A stretch of 64,000 nucleotides of DNA from Candidatus Altimarinota bacterium (GTDB lineage: Bacteria; Patescibacteriota; Gracilibacteria; CAIRYL01). The notes beneath the pieces are model-generated. The model searched no databases. It was given only the letters and a program-made list of their open reading frames with translations, and was not told the DNA's origin. Positions 62,663-64,000 of this stretch are shown one piece after another. A program made the translations under genes and the position numbers. The stretch lies in NCBI GenBank assembly GCA_965250085.1, contig OZ252287.1, positions 256,001 to 320,000 of the forward strand, given 5' to 3'. Numbering within the stretch: position 1 is the first letter of the stretch; each line of letters begins with the position of its first letter.

Positions 62663-64000
62663 TTAGTCTGCCCCTTTTTGTGACAGCACAACTCCAATAG
62701 TTCTCAGCAGAATTTTGAGATCCATCCAAAAACTCCAGTTCTTCATATAATACAAATCCAATTTTGCTTCTTCTTCAAAGGCAAGGTCGGACCTTCCAGA
62801 AACTTGGGCAAGTCCCGTTATACCCGGTTTCATCATGAGGACTCGTTTTTGCCAATTTTTATATTTTTTGATTTCTTCGGGAAGATGAGGTCTCGGGCCA
62901 ATAAGAGACATCTCTCCCTTAAATACATTGATGAGATTGGGGAGCTCATCGAGAGAAAATCGGCGTAAAAATTTTCCAAATCGCGTGATACGGGGGTCAT
63001 TTTTTACTTTAAAAAGTGGACCTTTCCGATGGTTCTTGTTCTGTAAGGTGCTTTTTTGAATTTCAGCATTTTGAACCATGGAGCGAAATTTCCAGAGGAG
63101 AAATGGTTTCCCTTCCCTTCCCAGACGAGGGCTTTTGAAAAACACAGGGCCTTCCGAATCAAGCCTAATACCCAACGCAAAAAGGAGAAAAGCGGGAGAA
63201 AGAATGAGAAGCAAAGCAAAAGACACAAAAATATCAAAGCCTCTTTTTATAATTCTCTGCCACGCGGTTAAGGTAGCCGGAAGAGCAAGAATAAGAGGAA
63301 TCCCCGCAATAAGAGCAAATTCCATTCGTGCAGAAAAGAGACTCTGTTGACTTGCTGCAAAACGAAAGAGGAGATGTTTTTCATCACAAATAGATTGTAG
63401 TTTTTTGAGCACCAATTCTGAGATGCCTGTGTCGCAACACCAGAGCTCATCCATTTTTCTTTTTACATGTCGAATATGGCTCAATTCATTTTCTCCAAAT
63501 GATCCATATACCAAAAATTGATCGTCATTTTTGAGCGCCTTTGAAAGTTCTTTTGTGTATTTCCTAGATCCAAAGAGGACAATTCGTTTTTGATTTTTTC
63601 CTGTTTTCCAATTGAGCATTTGGGTAAGTCTCAGGAGGAGTCGGGTACTAAAACTGAGAAAAAGTGTAAAAATCATTGCCTGCATGAGGATGATTCGTGA
63701 AAAAATAAGTTCATGACGAAAGAGAGCGTACCACGCTACAATGAGCATCCCCCAGATAAAGACTGAAAACATGAGAGTAAAAAATTCTCTTACTGGCTCA
63801 AAAGTATCGGAAAAATGATATTTGCCGAGGAATCCTTGTAAAAAAACAAAAGCAAGAGCAGAAAATACTGCAAATGGAACAAAAAATGACATAAGTGGCA
63901 GATTCTCTGCTGGGAAATATCGCTGTACCCAAGGAATAAGATCCGTAGAAGGCCTCAGGGCATACGCAAAAAACCAAGCCGAAGCAGCTGATACAAAATC
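62663..64000 (-). CDS. Polyprenyl-phosphate phosphoglycosyltransferase (WcaJ/WbaP-type), 5'-truncated by window edge
   Basis: IKRGFD, KFRSM, DPRIT, SLDELP, GEMSLIGPRP, KPGITGLAQV; frame open to 64000. Confidence 0.92.
   Translation of the reverse strand, partial: DFVSAASAWFFAYALRPSTDLIPWVQRYFPAENLPLMSFFVPFAVFSALAFVFLQGFLGKYHFSDTFEPVREFFTLMFSVFIWGMLIVAWYALFRHELIFSRIILMQAMIFTLFLSFSTRLLLRLTQMLNWKTGKNQKRIVLFGSRKYTKELSKALKNDDQFLVYGSFGENELSHIRHVKRKMDELWCCDTGISELVLKKLQSICDEKHLLFRFAASQQSLFSARMEFALIAGIPLILALPATLTAWQRIIKRGFDIFVSFALLLILSPAFLLFALGIRLDSEGPVFFKSPRLGREGKPFLLWKFRSMVQNAEIQKSTLQNKNHRKGPLFKVKNDPRITRFGKFLRRFSLDELPNLINVFKGEMSLIGPRPHLPEEIKKYKNWQKRVLMMKPGITGLAQVSGRSDLAFEEEAKLDLYYMKNWSFWMDLKILLRTIGVVLSQKGAD

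Overview
Bacterial chromosomal window, most consistent with a Patescibacteria (CPR), possibly Peregrinibacteria-like, genome. This is inferred from SLH surface proteins, cohesin/dockerin proteins, pilins, split tuf-rpsJ and secE-nusG-rplK clusters, and many orphans. It uses the standard code: the 11-kb ORF has no in-frame TGA. Housekeeping genes: rpsU, der, ppsA, lepA, prs, maf, murE, tuf, rpsJ, sppA, pabB, miaA, secE, nusG, rplK, ispE, dnaK (with a perfect CIRCE), gyrB, comF, tRNA-Gly(GCC), tRNA-Arg(UCG). Mobile DNA: an IS30, an IS1016-like IS1595, and a decayed serine-recombinase island at tRNA-Gly. Most interesting observations: (1) a GIY-YIG nuclease gene between an intact tRNA-Gly and an upstream copy whose anticodon is replaced by a palindrome; (2) a hairpin-dense nested REP-like region after dnaK holding an exact 24-nt copy of dnaK coding sequence; (3) a three-gene cohesin-dockerin scaffold operon with internal signal-peptidase-like motifs; (4) a 3767-aa adhesin with nine mosaic ~672-bp repeats; (5) a palindromic repeat inserted in frame in maf. 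All family calls come from reading motifs by eye; no database search was run.
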